NCBI RefSeq assembly: GCF_001194135.2
Contig: NC_069004.1
Span: 1,827,398 to 1,891,397, forward strand
DNA from: Octopus bimaculoides
Taxonomy: Eukaryota
Direction: 5' to 3'
Length of the DNA stretch: 64,000 nt
This document shows positions 63,628 through 64,000 of this stretch, piece after piece. The notes under the pieces were generated by a model. That model searched no databases and had not been told where the DNA came from. It was given only the letters and a program-made list of their open reading frames with translations. Numbering within the stretch: position 1 is the first letter of the stretch; every line of letters begins with the position of its first letter. The position numbers and the translations under genes were made by a program.

Positions 63628-64000
63628 ATGAAGAAGTTTGAAACAATCAAACGCAACGATAGGAATGGGATTTGCCCACTCTATAGGAGCAAATCATGGA
63701 ACACCATAGAAAGAACTAAGAAGAAAATAGGGAAGGCAAGCTCATGGTACAATAGCCACAAGTACCAAAGCGTCATGTTCGTCGACACCACACCTAGAGG
63801 CGAACTGGCGTACCGCTTTAGAAGGGCCCTAGACAAACTTAAGCTAAGAATTAAGGTTGTTGAAAGGCCAGGCAACCCTATCAAATCCCTTATCAGTAGA
63901 ACATACCCTTTCAGTAGAACCCCCTGCACTGATAGGAACTGTATCGTATGTAGATTTAGCCCACAAACGAACTGCAAAACCAGAAATGTGGTCTATAGTA
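63628..64000 (+). mobile_element. Penelope-like element (Neptune-type) RT-to-GIY-YIG linker with Cys4 motif; open to the window end
   Basis: 124 stop-free codons: MKKFETIKRNDRNGICPLYRSKSWNTIERTKKKIGKASSWY...SVMFVDTTPRGELA...IKVVERPG...CTDRNCIVCRFSPQTNCKTRNVVYS. Missed by the ORF track because the stop lies outside the window. Confidence 0.8.

Overview
AT-rich, microsatellite- and SINE-dense animal genomic DNA with seven N-gaps. The repeat families look octopod-cephalopod-like (inference). Two genes are recognisable, both on the + strand. (1) The single large terminal exon of a CD164/sialomucin-like membrane protein (11220-11593). (2) A complete UBE4A (U-box E4 ubiquitin ligase) gene, rebuilt by hand as 17 phase-consistent coding exons (20757-35732, about 1036 aa) with a probable non-coding first exon and promoter near 18400-18501. 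The rest is mostly transposon debris: several tRNA-derived SINE families, RTE-clade LINE relics, an R4/Dong-like fragment, a Neptune-type Penelope fragment running off the right edge, a mariner relic and MITEs. There are also unassigned exon-like islands at 43.2-44.2 kb, 53.2-54.0 kb and 58.2 kb. The most notable observations are a twin-priming-type 5' micro-inversion in the R4-like element, a uORF whose stop overlaps the UBE4A start codon, an obligatory non-consensus GTCTTC donor in UBE4A, and an orphan CpG-rich first-exon-like island carrying a strong-Kozak 31-aa uORF and a His-rich ORF. No CRISPR array, rRNA or true tRNA gene is supported, and no wholly new multi-gene system can be demonstrated from sequence alone.
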